NCBI GenBank assembly: GCA_016204995.1
Contig: JACQJR010000001.1
Span: 539,034 to 603,033, forward strand
Direction: 5' to 3'
DNA from: Candidatus Microgenomates bacterium
GTDB lineage: Bacteria > Patescibacteriota > Microgenomatia > UBA8517 > JACQJR01
DNA length: 64,000 nucleotides
Positions within the stretch are counted from its first letter, which is position 1. Each line of letters starts with the position of its first letter. A model generated the notes under the pieces. It was given only the letters and a program-made list of their open reading frames with translations, had not been told where the DNA came from and made no database searches. The translations under genes and the position numbers were made by a program. Below are positions 36,928-45,996 of the stretch, piece by piece.

Positions 36928-37971
36928 GTGAGTGATAAAAAACGACTGGTCTTAATTGATGGCAATGCCATTCTTCATCGGGCCTACCATGCTTTGCCGC
37001 CTTTAACTTCTCGGTCCGGCCAATTGGTGAATGCCGTCTATGGTTTTTGTGCGATGCTATTTAAAGTGGTAAATGACCTGCAGCCTGATTTTTTGGCTGT
37101 CACTTTTGATACACCTAAACCGACTTTTCGCCATGCCGCTTATGTTGGTTATCAAGCTCACCGGCCGCGGATGGAATCTGACCTATCAGATCAAATTGAA
37201 CTGGTGCATGAAGTAGTGCGGGCGGCTGATATTCCGATTTATGAAGAGCCGGGTTATGAGGCAGATGATGTAATTGGGACGCTTGCCATGCAAGCTGTTT
37301 CGGAGAATCAGGCTACTCAGAAAACTCAGAAAACTCAGAAAACCAGAAAGCCAGAAAGCCAGAAAGCCAGAATTTCTGATATTCAGAATCTCCGGTCCTC
37401 TGAGTCTTCCGAGTTTTCTGGTCCTCTGGAAGTAATCATAGTTTCCGGTGATCGGGATTTACTGCAATTAGTCAATGACCGTGTCAAGGTTTATATGCCG
37501 ATTAAAGGCGTTACCGAAGCTAAGTTATTTGGGACTGCCGAAGTAGAAGAAAGAATGGGGGTTAAACCCTCACAAATTGTGGACTTAAAAGCTTTGATGG
37601 GCGATGCTTCTGATAATTATCCTGGCATTCCTGGCATTGGCCCTAAAACTGCTGCTATCTTAATTGGCAAATTTGGCACCTTAGAAAATATTTTTAGCCA
37701 GCTTGATAAAATTGATGATAAGACCGTGGCAAAACTGGCGGCGGGACATGAGAGTGGAGTGCTGTCTAAAAAATTAGCCCGAATTGAAATTAATGCTCCC
37801 GTCACTTTAGATTTAGAAAAAGTCCGGTTGACTCCCCTAGTTGGTAATAAAAACTTAATTGAGAAACTAGCAGAATTTGGTTTTAAAAGTTTAACGGCCC
37901 GGGCCCGGGGGATAGTTAAGAAAGAAGACGATCAATCCCGATTAAATCGGGACCAGTTGAAGTTGATATAA
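36928..37971 (+). CDS. stand-alone 5'-3' exonuclease (Pol I N-terminal domain) with an in-frame repeat insertion
   Basis: LIDGN..HRAYHA, EADDVIGT, SGDRD and GDASDNYPGIPGIGPKTA motifs. Confidence 0.92.
   Translation: MSDKKRLVLIDGNAILHRAYHALPPLTSRSGQLVNAVYGFCAMLFKVVNDLQPDFLAVTFDTPKPTFRHAAYVGYQAHRPRMESDLSDQIELVHEVVRAADIPIYEEPGYEADDVIGTLAMQAVSENQATQKTQKTQKTRKPESQKARISDIQNLRSSESSEFSGPLEVIIVSGDRDLLQLVNDRVKVYMPIKGVTEAKLFGTAEVEERMGVKPSQIVDLKALMGDASDNYPGIPGIGPKTAAILIGKFGTLENIFSQLDKIDDKTVAKLAAGHESGVLSKKLARIEINAPVTLDLEKVRLTPLVGNKNLIEKLAEFGFKSLTARARGIVKKEDDQSRLNRDQLKLI
37301..37430. repeat. in-frame CAGA/TCTG inverted array (~43 codons)
   Basis: encodes ENQATQKTQKTQKTRKPESQKARISDIQNLRSSESSEFSGPL between TLAMQA and EVIIVSGD. 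Confidence 0.9.
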
Positions 37972-38011
37972 TAACATTGAAAACCAACTTGTCAAGAGCG
38001 GATTAACATAT

Positions 38012-39148
38012 ATGAAAGTAGCGATAGTCCATGATTATTTGAATGAATTTGGGGGAGCAGAAAGAGTAGTATTGGCAATGTCTGCGATCTGGCCCGATGC
38101 GCCGATTTATACTTCTTTTTATAAAAAAGGTTCTCCGGCCTGGGAAAGATTTAAAGATAAAGACGTGCGAGTGTCGTGGGTACACTACATTCCATTTTTT
38201 GCCACTTTTCTGCATAGCCCTTTAAGATTTTTAGCTCCTTTAATTTGGAATAGTTGGGATTTTTCAGCTTATGATGTAGTCATTACTTCCTCTGGCTGGT
38301 ATGTGACAAAGGGAATTAGAAAAGGTCCAAAAACAGTGGAAATTTGCTATTGCCACACTCCGCCCCGCTGGCTGTACGGTTATAAAACTTCTATAGAATT
38401 TCAAAAGTATTGGCCGGTGAGGGTGTATGCTGCCATCGTGGGTCATTTTATGAGAATGTATGATTTTTGGGCAGCGCAAAGAGTCAATTATTTTATTGCT
38501 AATTCTCAAAACGTCCAAGCGCGGATTGAAAAATTTTACAGAAGAGAGTCAACCGTGATATATCCGCCGGTGAGTTTAGATGTTAGAGGTTTGAGCTTAG
38601 AGCTTAGTAAAAAATCTAACGTCCAAAATCTAAAATCTAATAACTATTTTTTGGTGATTTCCCGGATTGTGGGAGGCAAGGGTTTGGATTTGGCGGTAGA
38701 AGCAGCCTTGAGGTTAGGGTTGAAATTAAAAATTGCTGGTCGTCCTGCTGGTTATTATACCGAGTATAAAAAATTAGCCAAGCGTGCAGGCGGTAAGGTG
38801 GAATTTTTAGGCTATGTTAGCGATGAGGAATTAGTGCGGCTTCACCAGGGAGCCAAAGCTTTTCTGGCCTTAGCGACAGATGAAGATTTTGGCATGACAG
38901 TGGTAGAAGCCCAAGCCTGTGGTACGCCAGTAATTGCCTATAAAGGCGGTGGTTATTTGGAAACAGTAATAGATGGTAAAACCGGCATGTTTTTTGACGA
39001 ACCTAATGTTGATGCATTAGTTAATACCTTGAAACAGTTTGACAGTAAAAAATGGAATCATGCCTTAATCGCCAAACATGCTCAAAAGTTTTCCAAAACC
39101 CGATTTCAAAAAGAAATACAAGAATTTGTTGAAAAACATCTAAAATAA
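38012..39148 (+). CDS. GT4 glycosyltransferase
   Basis: VHDYLNEFGGAERV and EDFGMTVVEAQACG motifs. Confidence 0.92.
   Translation: MKVAIVHDYLNEFGGAERVVLAMSAIWPDAPIYTSFYKKGSPAWERFKDKDVRVSWVHYIPFFATFLHSPLRFLAPLIWNSWDFSAYDVVITSSGWYVTKGIRKGPKTVEICYCHTPPRWLYGYKTSIEFQKYWPVRVYAAIVGHFMRMYDFWAAQRVNYFIANSQNVQARIEKFYRRESTVIYPPVSLDVRGLSLELSKKSNVQNLKSNNYFLVISRIVGGKGLDLAVEAALRLGLKLKIAGRPAGYYTEYKKLAKRAGGKVEFLGYVSDEELVRLHQGAKAFLALATDEDFGMTVVEAQACGTPVIAYKGGGYLETVIDGKTGMFFDEPNVDALVNTLKQFDSKKWNHALIAKHAQKFSKTRFQKEIQEFVEKHLK
38571..38645. repeat. in-frame 7-bp inverted array in the glycosyltransferase
   Basis: ttagatg ttagagg tttgagc ttagagc ... tctaacg tccaaaa tctaaaa tctaata, encoding SLDVRGLSLELSKKSNVQNLKSNN. 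Confidence 0.85.
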
Positions 39149-39193
39149 TGCTAGCCGTAGCTATCTTTAGTCTTTTTGTTATACTACGTTAGT

Positions 39194-40147
39194 ATGCCGG
39201 AGCTTCCAGAAGTAGAAACTATCCGCGGCGGACTTGAGAAGAAAATTGTTGGGTTGACGATTAAAAAGGTTGATATTTGTGCTCCTAAAAGCTTCATCGG
39301 CAAAGCGCAGGAAGTCCAAGGCAAGAAAGTAATTAAGGTATGGCGCAGAGCCAAAATGTTGGGAATAGATCTAACGACGGGTCCTGCCGGGGGCTCGTCC
39401 CGCCCGATGTCCTCGCTGAACGCTGCGGGCACTCGTCGGGACTCCCTCCGCCCCCGTCACCCGTCGCTTGCACTTTTGTTTCATCTGAAAATGACCGGGC
39501 AGCTGGTTTTGGATGATAGAAAGTGGAAAGTGGAAGGTGGAAGGATGGTTGGGGGACACCCCACTCCTGATATGCGGGATGCAATGCCTAATTCTCACAC
39601 GAGGGTAGTTTTTTCTTTTAGTGATGGATCCCGTCTTTATTTTAATGACCAAAGGCGTTTTGGGTGGGTGAAAGTAGTTCAGAGTTCGGAGTTAGGAGTT
39701 CAGGGTTTGTTTGAGAAATTAGGGCCGGAGCCGTTAGAAAAAGAATTTACTTGGCAGATTCTCAAGCAGAATTTATTAAAACATAAATCCACCCCGATTA
39801 AATCGGGGTTAATGGATCAACAAGTGGTGTCCGGAGTGGGGAATATTTACGCTAATGAAGCGTGTTTTAATGCTAGGATAGATCCTAGAGCTAGGAGCTT
39901 AGAGCTTAGTAACGCACAGTTTAAAAAATTGCATCAAGGTGTTGTTAAAGCCCTTCGCGACGGTATTAAACATGGTGGTTCAACCAGAGCTCATTTTGTA
40001 GACAGCGAAGGGCATCGGGGTTATTTTTTAGATTATGCCTATGTTTATGGCCGGGACGAGCATCCTTGTAAAATTTGCCAAACAGAAATTAAAAAAGTGA
40101 CTTTAGGCGGCCGCGGTACCTACTTTTGTCCCGCCTGCCAGCGCTAG
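39194..40147 (+). CDS. mutM: formamidopyrimidine-DNA glycosylase / AP lyase
   Basis: MPELPEVET, HLKMTG and GVGNIY motifs; C-terminal Zn finger. Confidence 0.95.
   Translation: MPELPEVETIRGGLEKKIVGLTIKKVDICAPKSFIGKAQEVQGKKVIKVWRRAKMLGIDLTTGPAGGSSRPMSSLNAAGTRRDSLRPRHPSLALLFHLKMTGQLVLDDRKWKVEGGRMVGGHPTPDMRDAMPNSHTRVVFSFSDGSRLYFNDQRRFGWVKVVQSSELGVQGLFEKLGPEPLEKEFTWQILKQNLLKHKSTPIKSGLMDQQVVSGVGNIYANEACFNARIDPRARSLELSNAQFKKLHQGVVKALRDGIKHGGSTRAHFVDSEGHRGYFLDYAYVYGRDEHPCKICQTEIKKVTLGGRGTYFCPACQR
39375..39466. repeat. 92-nt GC-rich nested hairpin inserted in-frame in mutM
   Basis: nested pairs cgacgggt/acccgtcg, cgggggc/gcccccg and gtcccg/cgggac. Confidence 0.8.
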
Positions 40148-40185
40148 GCGCAGTCTTGGCGGGCAGGCCTCACTGCCAATCTTAA

Positions 40186-41289
40186 ATGCTATTAAAAAAT
40201 ATCCATCTGCAAAATTTTCGCAGCTTTAATAAAGTTTCTTTTAATTTTTCTGCTACCACCACAGCTATTGTCGGTCCTAATACGGCTGGTAAAACTAATC
40301 TTCTAGAAGCAGTTTATTTATTGGCTACCGGTAAATCTTTTCGGGCCAGCCTGGAGGAAGAAATGATTCAAACTGGTACTGAATTTAGCAGGGTTAAGGG
40401 TGCGATAACCCTGCCTGCTGGCGCAGACAAGCCTGCGCAGGCAGGTAGTGAAACTTTAGAAGTAATTTTAACTCGCGGTGAAGTGGGGGGAGAAAGAGTC
40501 AACCGAAAGATGTTAAAGGTTAATAATTTAGGTAAAAGATTGGTGGATTATCAGGGGATTTTGCGGGTGGTGATTTTCGGCCCCTGGGATTTGGAATTAA
40601 TTATTGATTCACCCTCTGTCAGGCGTAAATTTTTAGACAGCGTCCTTTTGCAAGTAGACCGGGAGTATCGGAGATCAGTGATGGCCTATGAGAAGGGATT
40701 AAGATCCAGGAATAGACTCTTGGAAAGAATTAGAGAGGAAAATTTAAGCCGGTCGCAACTGCTGTTTTGGGATAAATTGCTGATCAAAAACGGCGATTAC
40801 ATCTCCCAAAAAAGGGAAGAGCTGATTGATTTTATTAATCAAACAAAACCTTTAAGTAACGAGCAATTCCAATTAATTTATGATAAAAGTGCTATTTCCG
40901 AGGGTAGACTGGCTCAATATAGCCAAGAAGAAGTGGCGGCGGCGACTACTTTAGTCGGTCCACACAGAGATAATATTATATTCCAAGTTCTAAATTCTAA
41001 GCTCCAAACTCTAAACTTAGAAGTTTATGGATCGCGCGGGGAACAGCGGATGTGCGCTTTATGGATCAAGCTAGCTGAACTGGCTTTTATTGAACAGGCC
41101 ACCGCCACACGTCCGGTCTTGCTGTTGGATGATATTTTTTCCGAGCTGGATCACGAGCATCGGGAAGTTGTGATGAATGTTGTAGGAGAGCAGCAAACAA
41201 TTCTGACTACCGCCGATCCGCATATGATTAGCGGCCTGCCTGCGCAGGCAGGTTTAAAAAATGGATTAGAGAAGATTGAATTGGGCTAG
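40186..41289 (+). CDS. recF: DNA replication/repair protein RecF
   Basis: NFRS, GPNTAGKTNLLEA, GPHRD, SRGEQR and LLLDDIFSELD motifs. Confidence 0.93.
   Translation: MLLKNIHLQNFRSFNKVSFNFSATTTAIVGPNTAGKTNLLEAVYLLATGKSFRASLEEEMIQTGTEFSRVKGAITLPAGADKPAQAGSETLEVILTRGEVGGERVNRKMLKVNNLGKRLVDYQGILRVVIFGPWDLELIIDSPSVRRKFLDSVLLQVDREYRRSVMAYEKGLRSRNRLLERIREENLSRSQLLFWDKLLIKNGDYISQKREELIDFINQTKPLSNEQFQLIYDKSAISEGRLAQYSQEEVAAATTLVGPHRDNIIFQVLNSKLQTLNLEVYGSRGEQRMCALWIKLAELAFIEQATATRPVLLLDDIFSELDHEHREVVMNVVGEQQTILTTADPHMISGLPAQAGLKNGLEKIELG
41235..41252. repeat. 18-bp perfect palindrome in-frame in recF
   Basis: cctgcctgcgcaggcagg; related copies at 40410-40446 and 40130-40167. Confidence 0.75.
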
Positions 41290-41546
41290 CGTTTTTTCTT
41301 TTTCTGTTCTTTGCTTTTCAGTTTTTCTGATAGTTGGGATAGCTGGATGGTAATCACCACAGCTAGAATTGTGACAGTGAGGGCGTAGACCAACAGGGAA
41401 ATGATACCGCTTTTGTCTCCCGGTAGCCACTGCTTGATATACTGGTTGACAAATTCCTGGATGACATTATTCCAGGCGAGTGCCGCCACTAAGCCAAAAC
41501 CGCTGGTAGAAAGAGTTAAGATTTGTTTAATAATTTCCCGATGCAA
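41286..41546 (-). CDS. small 2-TM protein (DUF5654-like)
   Basis: TSGFGLVAALAWN motif. Confidence 0.7.
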   Translation of the reverse strand: MHREIIKQILTLSTSGFGLVAALAWNNVIQEFVNQYIKQWLPGDKSGIISLLVYALTVTILAVVITIQLSQLSEKLKSKEQKKKKR

Positions 41547-41698
41547 GATCCTCCTTTTAGCCGGAAATAATTACCAATTTCAAATCAATTATAAAATAAA
41601 AAATATTAAATATTTAGATATTCTTTATTGATTGGTATTTATTGGTAGTATTGGTATTTATTTTTATTATTCTCATGTTACTATAATTGTATCACACC

Positions 41699-42757
41699 AT
41701 GTATGCTCCTAAATACACCATTAACAATGCCATCTTGAAAAATATTGGTACCATTGAAGCCTGTCGGGAGGTGATTGATAATGCCCCTCTTGTTCCAGCT
41801 TATGAGAAAAAATTCAAAGACGAGGCAGCTTTGCGCACTGTTTACCACGGTACTCATTTAGAAGGGAATGATTTAAGTTTTAGCCAGGCCCAACGGATTT
41901 TAGAAGGCGAAGAAATTTCAGCCCGTGACCGCGACATTCAGGAAATTATTAATTATAGAAATGTAGTCAATTTTTTAGACGGCATTGTTAAGCCGCTAAC
42001 TTACAGCGTGGATTTATTGTGTCGCTTGCATGAGTTAACGACGGATAAGTTGTTGACAGCCGATAAAGTGGGCCAGATTCGGACTTCGCAGGTGGTAATT
42101 AAAGATGGGGCAACAGGGGAGATTACTTTTCGGCCACCGCCAGCCATTGAAGTGCCGTTTTTGCTGGCTGATTTTTTTGACTGGCTTAACTCGTCCATGG
42201 GGCGTGAGGTTCATCCAATTTTAAGAGGGGGAATTGCTCACTACGCGCTAGTCGCCATCCATCCTTTTGTGGAGGGAAACGGCCGGGTCTCGCGGGCTTT
42301 TGCCACCTTAATTTTATACGCCGAAGGTTATGACACCAAACGTCTTTTTTCCCTGGAGGAGTATTTTGATAGAGATGCGGCGAGCTACTACGATACCTTA
42401 ATTAACACTTCGTCACAGTCAGAGGAACTGGCAGGGCGGGATTTAACAGAGTGGCTTAGTTATTTTACCAAAGGCTTGGCGATTGAACTGGAGAGGGTGA
42501 GAGATCAGATTCGGCGCATTTCGGCTGATTTGCAAATTAAAAAAAGGATGGGGCAGCAGGTGGCCTTATCTGATAGACAGCTTAAGCTAATGGAATATCT
42601 CAATCAACACAGCCGAATCCAAATGAGAGAGGCTAAAAAGTTGTTGCCGATGGTATCAGAAGATACCATTTTGCGGGAGTTTCAGGATTTGTTTAAGAAG
42701 GGTATAATTAAAAGAGAGAGCTTTGGCCGCGGCGCGGTATATAAATTAAGAACATGA
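41699..42757 (+). CDS. Fic family protein with C-terminal HTH
   Basis: HPFVEGNGRVSR, GTHLEGN and VSEDTILRE motifs. Confidence 0.92.
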   Translation: MYAPKYTINNAILKNIGTIEACREVIDNAPLVPAYEKKFKDEAALRTVYHGTHLEGNDLSFSQAQRILEGEEISARDRDIQEIINYRNVVNFLDGIVKPLTYSVDLLCRLHELTTDKLLTADKVGQIRTSQVVIKDGATGEITFRPPPAIEVPFLLADFFDWLNSSMGREVHPILRGGIAHYALVAIHPFVEGNGRVSRAFATLILYAEGYDTKRLFSLEEYFDRDAASYYDTLINTSSQSEELAGRDLTEWLSYFTKGLAIELERVRDQIRRISADLQIKKRMGQQVALSDRQLKLMEYLNQHSRIQMREAKKLLPMVSEDTILREFQDLFKKGIIKRESFGRGAVYKLRT

Positions 42758-42948
42758 CTGCCACTGACCCGCAATTTTTTTACATGGTGTTAATTTTGCC
42801 GACCCTGTTTGGTTTGACTTTGGTGGGCGAGGGCTTGGTTAAAATTTTCCATGATGAGAGTGGGGGTTGGCTGTCTATGATCTTCGGCGGCATTTTCATT
42901 ATGGTGGTAATTTTAGCCTTTCTTTTTTTCTCCACCATGATGAAGTAA
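42754..42948 (+). CDS. small 2-TM hypothetical protein
   Basis: ATGA overlap with fic; hydrophobic. Confidence 0.65.
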   Translation: MTATDPQFFYMVLILPTLFGLTLVGEGLVKIFHDESGGWLSMIFGGIFIMVVILAFLFFSTMMK

Positions 42949-43093
42949 GAAGTGCGCTGCTCGGTCGCCGTGTTCACATCGCATGCGAGCGTTAGCGTCT
43001 GAATGCTAGCGCGTTCAGATACGGCCTGCGGCCTAGTGAATGCTCGTTCAACGGCTTCCTTGCACGCTTAAATGTGATAGAATTAAGATGGTT

Positions 43094-44875
43094 ATGACTT
43101 TTCAGAAACTGGCTCTTTATTTAGAAAAGTTAGAACAAACTTCTTCCCGGCTGGCCTTAATTGATATCTTAGTTGATCTCTTCAAAGAAGTTAATTCACC
43201 CCAAGAAATAGCTTTAATTTCCTATTTGGCCCAAGGCCGAGTGGCCCCATTTTATGAACCGGTAGAAATTGGTATGAGTGAGAAACTAGTCGCCCAGGCG
43301 ATTGCCCGTGCTTATGAGATAGAGCGCGAAAAGGTGTTAGAGGAATACGGTAGAATAGGTGATTTGGGAAAAGTGGCAGAGAAACTCAAATCTCAAAACT
43401 CAAATCTCAAAACCATAACTCATAACAAAGCAAAGCTTGGCCCTTCGGGCGCAAAACTTTCAGTACAAGAAGTATTTAATTCTTTATTAGAAATTGCACG
43501 TGCTTCGGGTGCAGGCACGGTGGAAAAAAGAGTTTCAATTTTGTCTGATTTATTAAAAAAGATAGATGGTGTTTCAGCTAAACATTTAGTACGAATTCCC
43601 TTAGGGACTTCGCGTTTGGGAGTAGGCGACCCCACTATTTTAGACGCTTTTGCCAAAGCCAAACTGGGAGATAAAAGCAAACGGAAATTATTGGAGGGAG
43701 CTTATAATCGGGTTTCTGATTTAGGCTTAATTGGCCAAACTTTGTGGAAGGGGGGACTATCGGCAGTAGAAAGATTAAAAGTAACAGTCGGTCGGCCAAT
43801 TCGTTCCGAGCTGGCCGAGCGTTTGCCCACGGCCGAGAAAATCGTAGAAAAACTCGGTACAGTTAATGCCCAGCGCAAAATCGATGGATTTAGGGTACAA
43901 ATTCACAAAGACGGAGACAAGGTTAGGCTTTTTTCCCGCAATTTAGAAGAGACAACCCCCATGTTTCCGGAAATTGTCCAAGCAGCTAAAGTCCAAATTA
44001 AAGCCAGGACTGCTATTTTAGATGCTGAAGCTATTGGCTATAACCCGAGTTCGGGTGAATTTTTGCCTTTTCAGGAAACTACCCAGCGCCGCCGTAAATA
44101 TCATATCGCGGAAATGGCCCAAAAAATTCCTCTAAAAGCTTTTATTTTTGACATCCTTTATAAAAATGGCCAGTCGTTAATTGATCAGCCCTTAACTGAC
44201 AGACTTCAGGTTTTAAAGAAGACGGTTTCGGCGGGCAATACCCTGGTAATAGAAGAGGGGGTAGAGGTGCGCGATAAAGATAAATTGCAGCTACTCATGG
44301 ATCAGTCCATTACCGATGGCTTAGAAGGACTCGTGGTCAAGCGGCCTGATTCCAAATACGAAGCCGGTGCCCGTAATTTCAATTGGGTCAAATTAAAACG
44401 GCATTCTGACGGCGAGCTGAAAGATACCATTGATTGTGTCATTCTAGGCTACATTTTCGGCCGGGGCAAAAGAGCTGAATTTGGGGCAGGGGCACTTTTA
44501 GTAGGGCTTTATGATAATAAAAAAGATGAATTCGTGACAGTGTCTAAAATTGGGACCGGTTTGACAGATGAAGAATGGCGGGAAATCCACCGGCGGGCGG
44601 ATAGGATTAAAGTAGACCAAAAGCCAGCCCGAGTCAGGGCGATTTTGACTCCTTCGGTGTGGATCAAGCCCCAGATTGTCATTGAGGTGTTGGCTGATGA
44701 GATTACTCGTTCTCCCATTCATACTGCCGGTAAAAATGATTCAGAGCCAGGCTATGCTTTGCGTTTTCCCAGGTTAGTAAAGTTCCGCGAAGCCGATAAA
44801 AAGGCCGAGGACGCCACGACTGTCAAAGAATTAATTGAGATGTACAAGCAGCAAGGCCACGTTCATGTAAGCTGA
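43094..44875 (+). CDS. ATP-dependent DNA ligase
   Basis: KIDGFR (KxDG), EGLVVK, WVKLK and LRFPR motifs. Confidence 0.93.
   Translation: MTFQKLALYLEKLEQTSSRLALIDILVDLFKEVNSPQEIALISYLAQGRVAPFYEPVEIGMSEKLVAQAIARAYEIEREKVLEEYGRIGDLGKVAEKLKSQNSNLKTITHNKAKLGPSGAKLSVQEVFNSLLEIARASGAGTVEKRVSILSDLLKKIDGVSAKHLVRIPLGTSRLGVGDPTILDAFAKAKLGDKSKRKLLEGAYNRVSDLGLIGQTLWKGGLSAVERLKVTVGRPIRSELAERLPTAEKIVEKLGTVNAQRKIDGFRVQIHKDGDKVRLFSRNLEETTPMFPEIVQAAKVQIKARTAILDAEAIGYNPSSGEFLPFQETTQRRRKYHIAEMAQKIPLKAFIFDILYKNGQSLIDQPLTDRLQVLKKTVSAGNTLVIEEGVEVRDKDKLQLLMDQSITDGLEGLVVKRPDSKYEAGARNFNWVKLKRHSDGELKDTIDCVILGYIFGRGKRAEFGAGALLVGLYDNKKDEFVTVSKIGTGLTDEEWREIHRRADRIKVDQKPARVRAILTPSVWIKPQIVIEVLADEITRSPIHTAGKNDSEPGYALRFPRLVKFREADKKAEDATTVKELIEMYKQQGHVHVS
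43384..43450 (+). repeat. in-frame heptamer array plus double mini-hairpin in the ligase
   Basis: actcaaa tctcaaa actcaaa tctcaaa ... aagc-aaa-gctt-g-gccc-ttc-gggc. Confidence 0.8.
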
Positions 44876-44895
44876 ACGTGGCAAGGCAAAAAACA

Positions 44896-45861
44896 ATGAC
44901 TATTTTGATTGTTATTTTACTTTTTCTCTTTCTCGCTTTGCTTTTATATGGAGCCAGTTTAACAGTTGGGGGATTGCGTAAATTGACTGCCACTACCCAT
45001 GCCGGCGTTTTTGCTATCTCGGCAGTCCTTTTGGGTTTAGCTACCTCTTTCCCCGAACTGTCAGTAGCTATTAAATCCGGTTTGTCTGGTAATTCTGCTC
45101 TTTCCTTGGGCAATATTTTAGGAGCCAATATTGCTAATTTAACTTTGGTAGCAGGCAGCGCAGCCTTAATCGCCGGCAAAATTAAAGTGGAGGGTTCATC
45201 TATGATTCGTGAAATTATTGCTACCTTTTTAGCTGGTCTAGCTCCCTTACTTTTTTTACTTGATGGTCAGATTTCCGGTTTAGAAGGAATAATATTGATA
45301 GCATTTTGGGTTGGTTATGTCTTGCACTTTTTTCATTTCCGTTTTGCTAGACATGCCCAAGTTGTGCAGGAAGAGAAAAAATGGCATCGCTTTATCCATC
45401 AGAAAAATTTGCGGCAGATGGAGGGAGAAGTAATTCATTTACTAATTGGTATAGCCTTGATGGTGGCGGCTGCAGAAGTGGTAGTTAGGTTGGCCATATT
45501 TTTATCAACCAGCCTGGGAATTTCTTTATTTGTAATTGGAGTAATCATATTGGCCATCGGTACTACTTTATCCGAGCTGATTTTTTCCTTTAGATCAATT
45601 TTGGCCGGTGAATCTAAAATGCTTTTAGGGAATATCATGGGGGCAATCGTAGCTAATTCTACTTTGGTGGTGGGGGTAGCAGCCTTATTTTCTCCCATAG
45701 TTACGCCTTTTGCCACCAGCCTCATGATTGGTTTAATTTTTATCTTAGCTTATTTACTTTTTTGGTATTTTATTGGCGCCACGCATGAAATTAACCGCTT
45801 TGAAGGGGGAGTTTTGCTGCTTCTTTATTTGATTTTTATCTTAGTGGTAGTGGTCAGGTGA
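44896..45861 (+). CDS. Na+/Ca2+ exchanger family (YrbG-like) antiporter
   Basis: ATSFPE...GNILGANI and GTTLSE...GNIMGA alpha repeats. Confidence 0.88.
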   Translation: MTILIVILLFLFLALLLYGASLTVGGLRKLTATTHAGVFAISAVLLGLATSFPELSVAIKSGLSGNSALSLGNILGANIANLTLVAGSAALIAGKIKVEGSSMIREIIATFLAGLAPLLFLLDGQISGLEGIILIAFWVGYVLHFFHFRFARHAQVVQEEKKWHRFIHQKNLRQMEGEVIHLLIGIALMVAAAEVVVRLAIFLSTSLGISLFVIGVIILAIGTTLSELIFSFRSILAGESKMLLGNIMGAIVANSTLVVGVAALFSPIVTPFATSLMIGLIFILAYLLFWYFIGATHEINRFEGGVLLLLYLIFILVVVVR

Positions 45862-45996
45862 GTGGTTTTCATCTGATACAATACCTTTATGTCCACCTTA
45901 TTTTCGCACTCGGCTTTATAATTCTACTGCGAAGCAGTAAGCTTTGCTTATTCGAATACGCCTCGTGCCAAAATTATTGGCGGATAAGCAGATTTT

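Noticed and set aside
37301-37430. Intein or group I/II intron in the exonuclease or mutM
   Set aside because: Too short, with no Cys/Ser...His-Asn termini or intron core motifs.
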